Assembly (NCBI GenBank): GCA_044228695.1
Contig: JBGAUK010000003.1
Location: 27,380 to 91,379 of the forward strand
Length of the DNA stretch: 64,000 nucleotides
Direction: 5' to 3'
Source of the DNA: Chromatiaceae bacterium
Lineage (GTDB): Bacteria > Pseudomonadota > Gammaproteobacteria > Chromatiales > Chromatiaceae
Numbering within the stretch: the first letter of the stretch is position 1; every line of letters begins with the position of its first letter. The notes below the pieces were generated by a model. That model did no database searches. It was not told the DNA's origin and saw nothing but the letters and a program-made list of their open reading frames with translations. Below are positions 1 through 12,203 of the stretch, in pieces. Made by a program: the position numbers and the translations under genes.

Positions 1-378
1 TCCATGAGCCTTGTTGAAGAAGCCGGTCCAGAAGCCGAAGTTCAGTTCCGCCACCATGCGCCCGGGCGTTATTGATTTCCGATGGTCGGTGAGTGCCTTC
101 CGCGCTTCCAAGATTTGGGTTTTTTGCCAAGGCGTCAGGCGGTTATCCGCAGTGTCAAACCAATCGTCGGTTTGGTAGCGGGCTGTCATGGCCCGGTGAA
201 TGGCATTGCGCAAGGCGACTTCGGCGAACTGGAGGGCAGGATAAAGGGATTCGCCCAAGGCCATATTCAGGGAGTAGCGGGCAAGCGTAAGGGCTGGATC
301 AGCCCCATCCTGTCGGTAGGCGTCGATCCTCTCCTCGTGAAGGATGTTTTCGATTTTCTTGAAGAAATCCTGGTTCAC
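1..378 (-). CDS. Abi-like abortive-infection protein (short Abi_2 family), N-terminal part; the ORF runs off the left edge of the window
   Basis: My own reverse translation of 378->1 gives VNQDFFKKIENILHEERIDAYRQDGADPALTLARYSLNMALGESLYPALQFAEVALRNAIHRAMTARYQTDDWFD...ITPGRMVAELNFGFWTGFFNKAH. The L.RY..N..L....Y..L...EVALRNAIH block and the FGFW motif fit my recollection of Abi_2 proteins. GTG at 378-376 is preceded by GGGAG. It is absent from the ORF track because its stop lies outside the window. The start is uncertain because the frame stays open upstream. Confidence 0.6.
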   Translation of the reverse strand, partial: MNQDFFKKIENILHEERIDAYRQDGADPALTLARYSLNMALGESLYPALQFAEVALRNAIHRAMTARYQTDDWFDTADNRLTPWQKTQILEARKALTDHRKSITPGRMVAELNFGFWTGFFNKAHG

Positions 379-619
379 CCGCGGCGCTCCCGGCGGAAAT
401 TTTGGATATGGATTGACTCGCGGGCAGGCTGGCCCCAATATTTTAGACGTTGACCCCGGACCCCCTTCCTCTGCCGCTTGCGACAGACAGGGGCCGGGGT
501 TTCTTTGTTTCCGGGCTCCTGCCGGCAAACCCCACTCGGATTCATCCTCGGCACATCTCCGTGGTGCTGCGGCACCCAGCGAGAGCGGGGGGTCGCACTT
601 CGTCCTGTTCCGCCCGTAC

Positions 620-2224
620 TCATTGGAATCCAAGTCCTTTCAGATTGGCTTTGACAGCTAGTTCCAGCCTCGCGGACTCGGTGAACTGGGCGTGCAGTTC
701 GGCGACGAGGCGCGGCATCTTTTCCTCGAAGGGGTCGCCGTCGTCCTCGACTGCCTCGGCGCCGACGTAGCGGCCGGGCGTGAGGACGTGGCCGTGGGCG
801 GCGATCTCGGCGGTGGTGGCGGATTTGCAGAAGCCGGGAATGTCCGCATAGGGCGCGGCCCCCTCTCCCCGGCCCTCTCCCACGAGGGGAGAGGGGGAAA
901 GGCGGTTGCCGCGCCAAGTGTGGTAGGTGGCGGCAATCTTCTCCAGGTCGGCGTCGGTGAGTTCGCGGTGGACGCGGTCGATGAGGGTGCCGAGTTTGCG
1001 GGCGTCGATGAAGAGGGTGTGCTGACGGCGGGCGCGGAAGCCGCGCTTGGCGTCGGCGCTTTTGCTTTTCGCGAGGAACCAGAGGCAGACGGGGATCTGG
1101 GTGCTGTAGAAGAGCTGACCAGGGAGGGCGACCATGCAATCGACGAGGTCGGCCTCAATGAGGGCGCGGCGGATGTCGCCTTCGCCGGACTGGTTGGAGG
1201 ACATGGCACCATTGGCTGAAACGAAGCCGGCCATGCCGTCGGGGGCCAGGTGGTGGACGATGTGCTGGATCCAGCCGAAGTTGGCGTTGCCCTTCGGTGG
1301 CAGGCCGTATTTCCACCGCACGTCGTCGTCTTTGCGGAACCAGTCGCTGACGTTGAAGGGAAAGTTGGCGAGGATGTAGTCGGCCTTGAGGTCGGGGTGG
1401 AGGTCGTTGCGGAAGGTGTCAGCGGCGTATTTCCCGAGATCGCCCTCGATGCCGCGGATGGCGAGATTCATTAGGGCGAGCTTCCAGGTGGTAGGGTTCG
1501 ATTCCTGGCCGTAGATGGCGATATCGCCGAGCTTGCCACCGTGGGCCTCGATGAATTTCTCGCTCTGCACGAAGAGGCCGCCGGAGCCATTGCAGGGGTC
1601 ATAGACGCGGCCCTTGTAAGGGGCGAGCATGAAGACCAGCAGCTTATCAACACACTGCGGGGTGTAGAACTCGCCGCCGCGCTTCCCTTCCGCGCTGGCG
1701 AAGCGGCCGAGGAAGTATTCATAGACACGTCCGAGGATATCCCTGGCGCGGTTTTCCCGGTCCCCAAGGCCGATGGTGCCGATGAGGTCGATCAATTCCC
1801 CGAGGCGGTGCTTGTCGAGCGCGGGGCGGGCGTAGTCTTTCGGCAGGACGCCCTTGAGGCGCGGGTTGTCGCGCTCGATGGCGACCATGGCGTCGTCCAC
1901 GAGCTTGCCGATGGCGGCCTGTTTGGCGTTGGCCTGGAGGTGGGACCAGCGAGCCTCGGCGGGCACCCAGAAGACGTTCTCGGCCTTGTATTCGTCGGGG
2001 TCTTCGGGATTCGCCCCGGCGTAGTCGCCCTGGCCCGCGAGGAGTTTGGCGCGCTGTTCCTCGAAGGTGTCGGAGATGTATTTGAGGAAAATCAGCCCGA
2101 GAACGACGTGCTTGTATTCCGCCGCGTCCATGTTGTTGCGGAGCTTGTCGGCGGTGAGCCAGAGCTTGACCTCGAAGCCGATGGTGGCCGAGGAGTCATT
2201 TTTCGGGGTTGCCGTCTTGGCCAT
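620..2224 (-). CDS. hsdM: Type I restriction-modification system DNA methyltransferase subunit HsdM
   Basis: Track ORF 620..2287. The N-terminus has an HsdM_N-like [32 protein letters not shown]. The AdoMet motif is [12 protein letters not shown] and the catalytic NPPF-type motif is [12 protein letters not shown]. The likely true start is the ATG at 2224 ([12 protein letters not shown]); the 21 upstream codons run through a tandem repeat. Confidence 0.93.
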   Translation of the reverse strand: MAKTATPKNDSSATIGFEVKLWLTADKLRNNMDAAEYKHVVLGLIFLKYISDTFEEQRAKLLAGQGDYAGANPEDPDEYKAENVFWVPAEARWSHLQANAKQAAIGKLVDDAMVAIERDNPRLKGVLPKDYARPALDKHRLGELIDLIGTIGLGDRENRARDILGRVYEYFLGRFASAEGKRGGEFYTPQCVDKLLVFMLAPYKGRVYDPCNGSGGLFVQSEKFIEAHGGKLGDIAIYGQESNPTTWKLALMNLAIRGIEGDLGKYAADTFRNDLHPDLKADYILANFPFNVSDWFRKDDDVRWKYGLPPKGNANFGWIQHIVHHLAPDGMAGFVSANGAMSSNQSGEGDIRRALIEADLVDCMVALPGQLFYSTQIPVCLWFLAKSKSADAKRGFRARRQHTLFIDARKLGTLIDRVHRELTDADLEKIAATYHTWRGNRLSPSPLVGEGRGEGAAPYADIPGFCKSATTAEIAAHGHVLTPGRYVGAEAVEDDGDPFEEKMPRLVAELHAQFTESARLELAVKANLKGLGFQ

Positions 2225-2268
2225 CGGGTTGCCTTTTGCCGGGTGAGGGTGTCCATGGGCTCTAAACC

Positions 2269-2298
2269 CCATGTCCGCGGCATCCATGTCCGCGGCAT
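2269..2298. repeat. Perfect 15-bp tandem duplication CCATGTCCGCGGCAT x2 in the hsdM 5' region
   Basis: Read directly: 2269-2283 and 2284-2298 are identical. Each unit contains the palindrome CCGCGG. The repeat lies 45-75 nt upstream of the probable hsdM start on the minus strand. Confidence 0.95.
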
Positions 2299-2412
2299 TC
2301 TAGCCGATTTGCCAGGTCTCCCTGGCCAGCTTCGCGCCCTGATCCCGAGGGGGCCTGTGCCATGAGGCGAGCTATTCGAGGACGGCGTCTTCGACGATGG
2401 CTGCGTAGAGGC

Positions 2413-2763
2413 TTATGGCGCTGATGGGTCAGTATCACTCCCAACCTGCACCACCACATAGGCCCGTTCAATCTCGCGCTGAAAGCTGGCCGGGATACGA
2501 GCCCAATCCATTATTTCGACCCGAATGGGCAGATTGCTTTCCGACAGGACATCCTGCATTGCTCCTAATTCCGGTATCTCCTGATTCAGGTCGTTTGGCC
2601 GACGGACCACCAGATCCAGATCGCTGGCGTCGTGGCCATTGCCATTGACCCGGCTGCCGTAGGCCCAGACCTCGGCGTGCCGCATCTGCTGTTACAGCAG
2701 GGCACGGAGCATCTCAAGGTGGTGAGGCCGTAACTCCAGCATTTGTAGCGGTAGTTCGGGCAT
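2413..2763 (-). pseudogene. mntA: MntA-type nucleotidyltransferase (MNT antitoxin) interrupted by an in-frame TAA at 2694-2692; the track ORF 2413..2685 (90 aa) is the part after the stop
   Basis: The catalytic core AYGSRVNGNGHDASDLDLVV is the GS...DxD motif of NTP_transf_2. The frame continues upstream through the TAA to an ATG at 2763-2761, which overlaps the stop of the HEPN gene (TAATG). Confidence 0.8.
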
Positions 2764-3194
2764 TAGTAGGAATCTTCGCTGTAGCGTTCGCGTAATACGG
2801 CTGCCAGGCGCGTCACGTCGTCAATGAAGTCGGGGATCAAGCGCAGCGTTTCCCTGGCAAAGTTTTCGCCGTAGTCATGGGCGGTATTGTTGCGGTTGTC
2901 GCGATAGGCAAACCAACGCTCCACTTCCTCGATTGTCATCAAGCCATGGGTGGCCGAAAGACGCAGCAGATCCTTGATGGGCGTGGCGTCGAGTGTTCTT
3001 GCGGCGTGGCCGTAATCGCGCAAGGCTTTTTTCAGCAGCTTGAAGCTGGTCTCCTGCGCCAATTCGTAGCCCTTGACGATGGCATTGCGAAAAATTTCCC
3101 GATCGATACTGTCCGCCGGGGCCTGCTCATAAAAGTTGAGAGACAACCGCAGGGTACCGATGCAGCGATTAAGATGGTCGGTATTCAGATTCAT
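2763..3194 (-). CDS. hepT: HEPN-domain protein, HI0074 / nucleotidyltransferase-substrate-binding family (HepT-type toxin)
   Basis: 143 aa. The Rx4-6H HEPN motif appears as RDNRNNTAHDY. The helical K/E-rich region SFKLLKKALRDYG is typical of the family. The gene sits immediately upstream of, and is translationally coupled to, the MNT gene. Confidence 0.85.
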   Translation of the reverse strand: MNLNTDHLNRCIGTLRLSLNFYEQAPADSIDREIFRNAIVKGYELAQETSFKLLKKALRDYGHAARTLDATPIKDLLRLSATHGLMTIEEVERWFAYRDNRNNTAHDYGENFARETLRLIPDFIDDVTRLAAVLRERYSEDSY

Positions 3195-3332
3195 GCTGCT
3201 GGCTCCTACACTGGGACAGGACCGATGAAGGGTTCGCCATGGAAGTAGATCTTTTGGTCGGGATCATCGGCGATTGACGCCTGCGACGGATCATCATTGG
3301 CAGGTCTCGCAGTGACCGCGTGCAAGGGAAGC

Positions 3333-6263
3333 TCAAGGGTCGTACTCCAGGAATGGATTCCGAGTCCCCTGACGGCCTTTGTCGGCTTGCGATGCCGCGG
3401 CGCGCCCACTGCCCGGGCCAGGTAGCGCCTTGCGGGCGCTATCCGCGGGTTGCGTTCTGGCCCCGGCGCGAGAGGGCAGTCCGGTGGTTCCGGGCCGGTA
3501 GGCGTCGAAGCGGGCGCGGGCATCGCCGAGTTCGAATTGTTGCCAGTCGTCCTCCATTTCGAGCGCGCCGACGAAGCTGTGCCAGCGGACCAGGAGCATG
3601 GCCTCGCGGCGGTCGTCATCGGCGTGCCCCTTGGCCTGGACACCGACCGCCCCACTGCCGATCGTGGCGTCCTTGAGCACGGCGCTGTCACCGTCCATGA
3701 CCAACTGGATGTGCCCGCCCAGGTTCTCGACCAGCAGCAAATCCTCGATCCAGCGGTGCTCGCCCCGGGCGTTGTCCAGCAGGGCGACGAAGGGCCGGGT
3801 GTCCTTAATGGTAATGGCGGCCTTCATGTCCAGATGCATCGGCTTGCGCCACAAGACCTTGGATTTTTCAAGTTCCAAATCGGCGTGCCAGTCAGGCGCC
3901 AGGGCGGATGCGGTTTCACCGGTTACCTTAAAACCCTTGAGTCCCAAGGTGGAGCCGGTGATATCGAACCGCATATCCGTCGCCGAGCCGCCACGGATCA
4001 GCAGGTCCAGCCGGATATCGCCAGTCATCTCCGCCTGGCTCAGCGCCACGCGCACATCCTTGGCGAGCAACAGCAACTCGCCCCGCAGACTCTTGGGGCC
4101 CAGTTGCAGATCGCCGACGAGACTGGCCTCGCCCGAGACTAGGGAGAGGGGGGCATGGGCGGGCAGGTAGGGGTTGTAGCTACTCATGGTACGGACCCGG
4201 GCCGAATGGAGTTTCAGGGCCATTTCCACCTTGCCCGCGTGGTCGGCGAAGGGGTCAGTGACCACGACATCGGCATCCAGGCGCACCCCGTCGATGCTCG
4301 GCTCCGACTCGTCCTTGCGACGCATGCGGGCATCGGTCAAGGCGATATTGAGGACCAGTCTGGGACGGTGGCCGTCCTGCTCCAAGGTCAGGGCCCCGCG
4401 CCCCAGACCCTCCACCCGGTGCTCCAGCAGCCCAAGCTCCAACTCCTCGGGCGGTAGCTGAAGCGTGGTTCCCGGGGCCGGCAGGCCATTGGCGAGCAGG
4501 ATCTCCGCATCGATCTCGGCCGCGCCCTTCAAGCTCAGGTTCAGCGGGCGGTGCAACAGTTCCGCGATCCAGTCGAGTCGTGAGAGGGTCAGGGTGACCA
4601 AAAGACGGCCATGGGTCGTCGCGAGCAGGGCCCCGAAACCCTGATCCGCCAGGGCCTTCGCCACGGCGCGCACCGGGCCCCCGGCCGCCTCCTCCGCCGA
4701 CAGGGGGATGCCGAGATTGCCGTCGTTGACTGCCAGTTCGGCCTGCCAGGGCTTGGGCGGAATCGGTCCCTTGACGTGCTTCGTCTTGGCCTTGGTCTTC
4801 ACCTTGGCCTGGGCCGCGGCATTGTCGAGCCGTAGCTTGGTACCGCTCAGGTCCAGCACCGCCTCGTCGGCGGTGGGAGCACTGGCAATTCTGGCCCGAA
4901 GTTGCAGAGACAAGTCGGTGGTAGCCTGGTAATCCCGGTAGCTCAGGTGGGCCTGGTCGGACGCCAGATCGAGTTCGAATCGCATGGTCTCGGGGGCAAC
5001 CACCACTTGGCCATTCACCCGACCCGACCCATCCAGGAGCCGCATCCCCCACTCGTCGGGTAGCAGGCGGTTGTAAACCCGGAGATCGGGTACCTCCATC
5101 GCCGGCAGGTTCAAGGTGAGGTTGAGGTCGGGCTTGCCACCGCGCGTCTCGATGTGCAGCAGGGCCTCTAGGCCATGGCCGGAGAAGAGGGTCAGTGCCG
5201 GGGTCTCGGCCGCCTCGGTCGCCGCGCCGGGGTGTTCCGCCAGCAGGGAGGCCTGGACCTCGTCAAAGCGGACCACCAGGTCCGCCTGATCCGCGTCGTC
5301 GGGATCGACCTTGAGTTCGATGGTGCCGTCGCCGTTAAAAGCATGGCGGGCAAGGGTCATCGCCAGCTCGTGGGCCTCGACGATCAGGTCGGTGCCGGGG
5401 AGCAGCTCGCCGTGGGAAAAGACCAGGCGCCCGCGCAGGCGGCCCTGGCCCTTGAGGTCCAGACCCGCCATGTCGCCCGTCAGCAGGGTCAGGAAATCCA
5501 GGTTCTGCACCGGCAGGTCAATTTCGGCATCGAACTCGGGCAGGATCAGTACCCCCAGGCCCCTGGCCTCGGCGATGACGAAGGGCGGCACCTCGATCTT
5601 GCCCTTGATCGATGCCGGGTCGGTCACGGGCTGGGCATCGCCAATCCGCAGCGAGGCGAGCACCAGGTCGAGGGCGCCCTCCCTCAGACCAAAGCGCCCG
5701 GCCCCGGTATCCAGGCTGAAGCTGCCGCGCACCTCGCCGGGCAGGGTGCCGCGTACATGGGACACCCAGAAGGCATGATGCCCCTGGACATGGATATCGG
5801 CGATTTCCAGCAAGAGGTTGCCGCCTTCCTCCTCCGGTGCCGGTTCCGCAAGGGCCTCGGGGTCGCGGTTGCGGATGACCGGGAAGTGGTGCCGGATGGC
5901 GGCGTCGTCTTGGGCGGGGCCCGAGCGCGGCCGCAGCCGCAGGTCGATATCGATCAGGTCCAGATCATGCACGCGCACCAGGCCCTTGAGCAGCGGTCGC
6001 AAGGAGACCGCCGCCGCCGCGCGCTCGGCATCGACCTGCCATTGCTCGGTCGGGGTCTGGCCGTCGGCGGCGAAACCCCGGAACTCCACGCGCAAGGGGT
6101 ACCAGCTCCAGGCCCGATCCCAGCCGATGGCGAGACGATCGGGCCGCAGGCTGTTCAGGTAGGCCTGCGTCGCGGGCAGGTTCAGGGCCAGATTCACCCC
6201 GATCAAATAAAGGGCCACCAGAATAAGGATGGCCGAGACCAGCCGGGAAAACCCCTTCTTCAT
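3333..6263 (-). CDS. Large membrane-anchored protein (976 aa), possibly AsmA/TamB-like envelope protein; function unknown
   Basis: The N-terminal anchor is MKKGFSRLVSAILILVALYLIGVNLAL. The rest is hydrophilic with many repetitive D-L-x-L/G-x-L beta-strand-like segments. An AGGAA Shine-Dalgarno lies 7 nt before the ATG, which is only 12 nt after the dnaE stop. GC3 is high. The family assignment is weak. Confidence 0.75.
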   Translation of the reverse strand: MKKGFSRLVSAILILVALYLIGVNLALNLPATQAYLNSLRPDRLAIGWDRAWSWYPLRVEFRGFAADGQTPTEQWQVDAERAAAAVSLRPLLKGLVRVHDLDLIDIDLRLRPRSGPAQDDAAIRHHFPVIRNRDPEALAEPAPEEEGGNLLLEIADIHVQGHHAFWVSHVRGTLPGEVRGSFSLDTGAGRFGLREGALDLVLASLRIGDAQPVTDPASIKGKIEVPPFVIAEARGLGVLILPEFDAEIDLPVQNLDFLTLLTGDMAGLDLKGQGRLRGRLVFSHGELLPGTDLIVEAHELAMTLARHAFNGDGTIELKVDPDDADQADLVVRFDEVQASLLAEHPGAATEAAETPALTLFSGHGLEALLHIETRGGKPDLNLTLNLPAMEVPDLRVYNRLLPDEWGMRLLDGSGRVNGQVVVAPETMRFELDLASDQAHLSYRDYQATTDLSLQLRARIASAPTADEAVLDLSGTKLRLDNAAAQAKVKTKAKTKHVKGPIPPKPWQAELAVNDGNLGIPLSAEEAAGGPVRAVAKALADQGFGALLATTHGRLLVTLTLSRLDWIAELLHRPLNLSLKGAAEIDAEILLANGLPAPGTTLQLPPEELELGLLEHRVEGLGRGALTLEQDGHRPRLVLNIALTDARMRRKDESEPSIDGVRLDADVVVTDPFADHAGKVEMALKLHSARVRTMSSYNPYLPAHAPLSLVSGEASLVGDLQLGPKSLRGELLLLAKDVRVALSQAEMTGDIRLDLLIRGGSATDMRFDITGSTLGLKGFKVTGETASALAPDWHADLELEKSKVLWRKPMHLDMKAAITIKDTRPFVALLDNARGEHRWIEDLLLVENLGGHIQLVMDGDSAVLKDATIGSGAVGVQAKGHADDDRREAMLLVRWHSFVGALEMEDDWQQFELGDARARFDAYRPGTTGLPSRAGARTQPADSARKALPGPGSGRAAASQADKGRQGTRNPFLEYDP

Positions 6264-6275
6264 GTTTTGGTTCCT

Positions 6276-9788
<3,513 letters not shown>

Positions 9789-9907
9789 GGGTAGCTATTG
9801 GGGATCGATGCTGAGGGGTTGATTGGGATCATTGTAAGCCTTGTTGCCTGGGGTCATGGATTGGGCTTGGGCCCGCTATAGGCCGAAGAGCGACGGGCTC
9901 TGGATCT

Positions 9908-9940
9908 TAAAGTTGAGAACGTGAAATCGAGTAAAGTTGA
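9908..9940 (+). repeat. 9-bp direct repeat TAAAGTTGA x2 (9908-9916, 9932-9940), 24-nt period, upstream of pncA
   Basis: Read directly. This is an AT-rich motif in a GC-rich intergenic region, 85-117 nt before the pncA ATG. The second copy overlaps a -35-like TTGACC. Confidence 0.6.
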
Positions 9941-9964
9941 CCCCGAGGCCAGCCTGAATCTAAC
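9937..9964 (+). promoter_or_regulatory. Candidate sigma70 promoter of pncA-pncB (-35 TTGACC 9937-9942, 16-nt spacer, -10 TCTAAC 9959-9964)
   Basis: Hexamer matches read by eye: 5/6 for the -35 and 4/6 for the -10. There is no experimental support. Confidence 0.3.
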
Positions 9965-10024
9965 TTTCTCTCCGCCAGCGCGGCTGGTGCTGACCAATCG
10001 CGAGGCGTTGGGAGGGCTACAAAG

Positions 10025-10606
10025 ATGGAAATGACCGAGAAGTTTCCGTTACAAGCAGGCGATGCGCTGGTGGTGGTCGATGTCCAGCGCGATTTCTTGC
10101 CGGGCGGCGCACTGGCTGTTCCGGAGGGAGATGCCGTAGTGCCGGTGCTGAATGCCTGGATCGCCCACTTTGCCGCCGCCGGGCTGCCGATTGCCGCGAC
10201 CCGCGATTGGCATCCCGCCGATCATTGCTCCTTTCTCGCCCAGGGGGGGCCCTGGCCCCCGCATTGCGTGGTCGACACGCTTGGGGCGGCGTTCTCGCCC
10301 GACCTCGATCTGCCCACGACGGCCACCATCGTGTCCAAGGGGACCCGCCAGGATGATGCGGGCTACTCGGAGTTCGAGGGCACCGAATTGCATCGCCAGT
10401 TTCAGCACCTGGGCGTGCGGCGGGTCTTCATCGGTGGGCTGGCGACCGATTACTGCGTGCTCAATACCGTTCTGGACGCCCTGCGTCTGGGCTATGAGGT
10501 CCGGCTACTGACCGCTGGCGTCCGGGCTGTCGAGGTCCAGCCCGGCGATGGCGCGCGGGCCATCGCCACCATGCAGGCCGCGGGCGCAGTGGCCTTGGGA
10601 GACTGA
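10025..10606 (+). CDS. pncA: Nicotinamidase/pyrazinamidase (isochorismatase family)
   Basis: Motifs VVVDVQRDF, TRDWHPADHCSF, WPPHCV and the catalytic-Cys motif GGLATDYCVLNT. The gene is followed within 2 nt by pncB. Confidence 0.9.
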   Translation: MEMTEKFPLQAGDALVVVDVQRDFLPGGALAVPEGDAVVPVLNAWIAHFAAAGLPIAATRDWHPADHCSFLAQGGPWPPHCVVDTLGAAFSPDLDLPTTATIVSKGTRQDDAGYSEFEGTELHRQFQHLGVRRVFIGGLATDYCVLNTVLDALRLGYEVRLLTAGVRAVEVQPGDGARAIATMQAAGAVALGD

Positions 10607-10608
10607 AT

Positions 10609-11949
10609 ATGTCCAGTCCTGACGAGGGCGCTCTGCTCACCGATCTCTATCAGCTCACCATGCTCCAGGCCTATTCCGACCAGGGCATGGCTGACACGGC
10701 GGTCTTCGAGTTCTTTGTGCGCAAGCTGCCGGCCGGCCGCAATTTCCTGGTGGCGGCGGGTCTGGAACAGGCCCTCGACTATCTGGAAGGCCTTTACTTT
10801 GCCCCCGATGAATTGGAATGGCTCGCCCACTGCGGGCGCTTTCACCAGCCGTTCGTCGATTCCCTCGCCGACCTACGCTTCACCGGCGAGATCCAGGCCC
10901 TGGCCGAGGGCACGGTCTTCTTTCCCAACGAGCCCCTCCTGCGAGTCGTGGCGTCCCTGCGCGAGGCCCAGTTGGTGGAGACCCGCCTCATCAATCTGCT
11001 GCAATTCCAGACCCTGATCGCCTCGAAGGCGGCCCGGGTGCGGCTGGCCGCCGGGGACAAGGTGCTGGCGGACTTCGGCATGCGCCGCGCCCACGGCGCC
11101 GAGGCCGCCCTGCTCTCGGCGCGGGCCAGCTATATCGCCGGCTTCAACGGGACCTCGAACGTGCGGGCGGGGATGCGCTGGGGCATCCCCCTGTCGGGCA
11201 CCATGGCCCACTCCTTCATCCAGGCCCACGACCAGGAGCTGGCCGCCTTCGCCCATTTCGCCCATTCCCACCCCCAGACCACTACTCTGCTCATCGATAC
11301 CTACGACACCGAGGCCGCGGCCAGGGCCTTGCCGCCCCTGGTGCGCACGCTGGCGGCCGAGGGCATCCGTATCCAGGCGGTGCGCATCGACAGTGGAGAT
11401 CTGGGCGACCATGCGCGCCAGGTCCGCGCCATCCTGGATGCGGGGGGCGCCCGGGACATCAAGATCTTCGCGAGCGGCGATCTCGACGAATATGGGGTGC
11501 GGGCGCTCCTGGAGAGCGGAGCGCCCATCGATGGTTTCGGGGTCGGCACACGCATGAACACCTGCGCCGATCACCCCTACCTGGAATGCGCCTACAAGCT
11601 GCAGGAGTATGCCGGCGTGGCGCGGCGCAAGCTGTCCGAAGGCAAGGCCAACTGGCCGGGCCGCAAGCAGGTTTTTCGTCGCTACGACGCGATGGGGCAC
11701 CTGGCTGGCGATACCCTGACTCTGGAGACCGATCACCCGCCGGGCATACCCCTCCTCGCCAAGGTGATGAGCGGCGGACAGCGCCTTGCGCCCTCACCCA
11801 CCCTGAATCAGGTGCGCGACTACGCGCAACGGCAACTGGCCGCCTTGCCACCCGCCTTGCGTCAGCCCGAGGAAGGGCCTGCCTACCCGGTGGCGGTTGC
11901 GGCCAGCCTGCGCGAGCTTGCCCGGCAGATGGACGCCGGAAGGCAGTAA
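10609..11949 (+). CDS. pncB: Nicotinate phosphoribosyltransferase
   Basis: 446 aa. The N-terminus LLTDLYQLTMLQAY is typical of NAPRTases, as is GTMAHSFIQAH. It is paired with pncA in the Preiss-Handler salvage pathway. Confidence 0.9.
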   Translation: MSSPDEGALLTDLYQLTMLQAYSDQGMADTAVFEFFVRKLPAGRNFLVAAGLEQALDYLEGLYFAPDELEWLAHCGRFHQPFVDSLADLRFTGEIQALAEGTVFFPNEPLLRVVASLREAQLVETRLINLLQFQTLIASKAARVRLAAGDKVLADFGMRRAHGAEAALLSARASYIAGFNGTSNVRAGMRWGIPLSGTMAHSFIQAHDQELAAFAHFAHSHPQTTTLLIDTYDTEAAARALPPLVRTLAAEGIRIQAVRIDSGDLGDHARQVRAILDAGGARDIKIFASGDLDEYGVRALLESGAPIDGFGVGTRMNTCADHPYLECAYKLQEYAGVARRKLSEGKANWPGRKQVFRRYDAMGHLAGDTLTLETDHPPGIPLLAKVMSGGQRLAPSPTLNQVRDYAQRQLAALPPALRQPEEGPAYPVAVAASLRELARQMDAGRQ

Positions 11950-12203
11950 CGCAGCCTCCGGCAGTGTGGCTAACTTTCGGAACACCTCGCCCAAAGGGGT
12001 CCGTGACTGCCCGAACAGCGTCTTACGACGGCCATGTCCGTTTTCAGCGGTGATCCCAGGCCCGTCGATCCGCCCATTTCCTAAACCGCTTGTCAGAAAA
12101 AATGAGTAAATGTATCCTGCAGCATCGAACCTGGCTGTAGCATAGGGAAGATGCAGGCTACAACTTTCCCCATGCAGGCATTGAGCCTCTTTGAAATAAC
12201 CTC

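Noticed and set aside
82-453. Plus-strand 123-aa ORF at the left edge of the window.
   Set aside because: The opposite strand translates into a convincing Abi_2-like sequence with proper motifs. The plus-strand product has no recognisable features.
375-545. 56-aa, very basic minus-strand ORF (MNPSGVCRQEPGNKETPAPVCRKRQRKG...) in the hsdM-abi spacer. Its TGA overlaps the Abi GTG (GTGA).
   Set aside because: The stop/start overlap is tempting, but there is no SD and no motif. The composition is that of a GC-rich out-of-frame read, and it is just the tail of a longer shadow ORF (375..1139). It is left as unproven.
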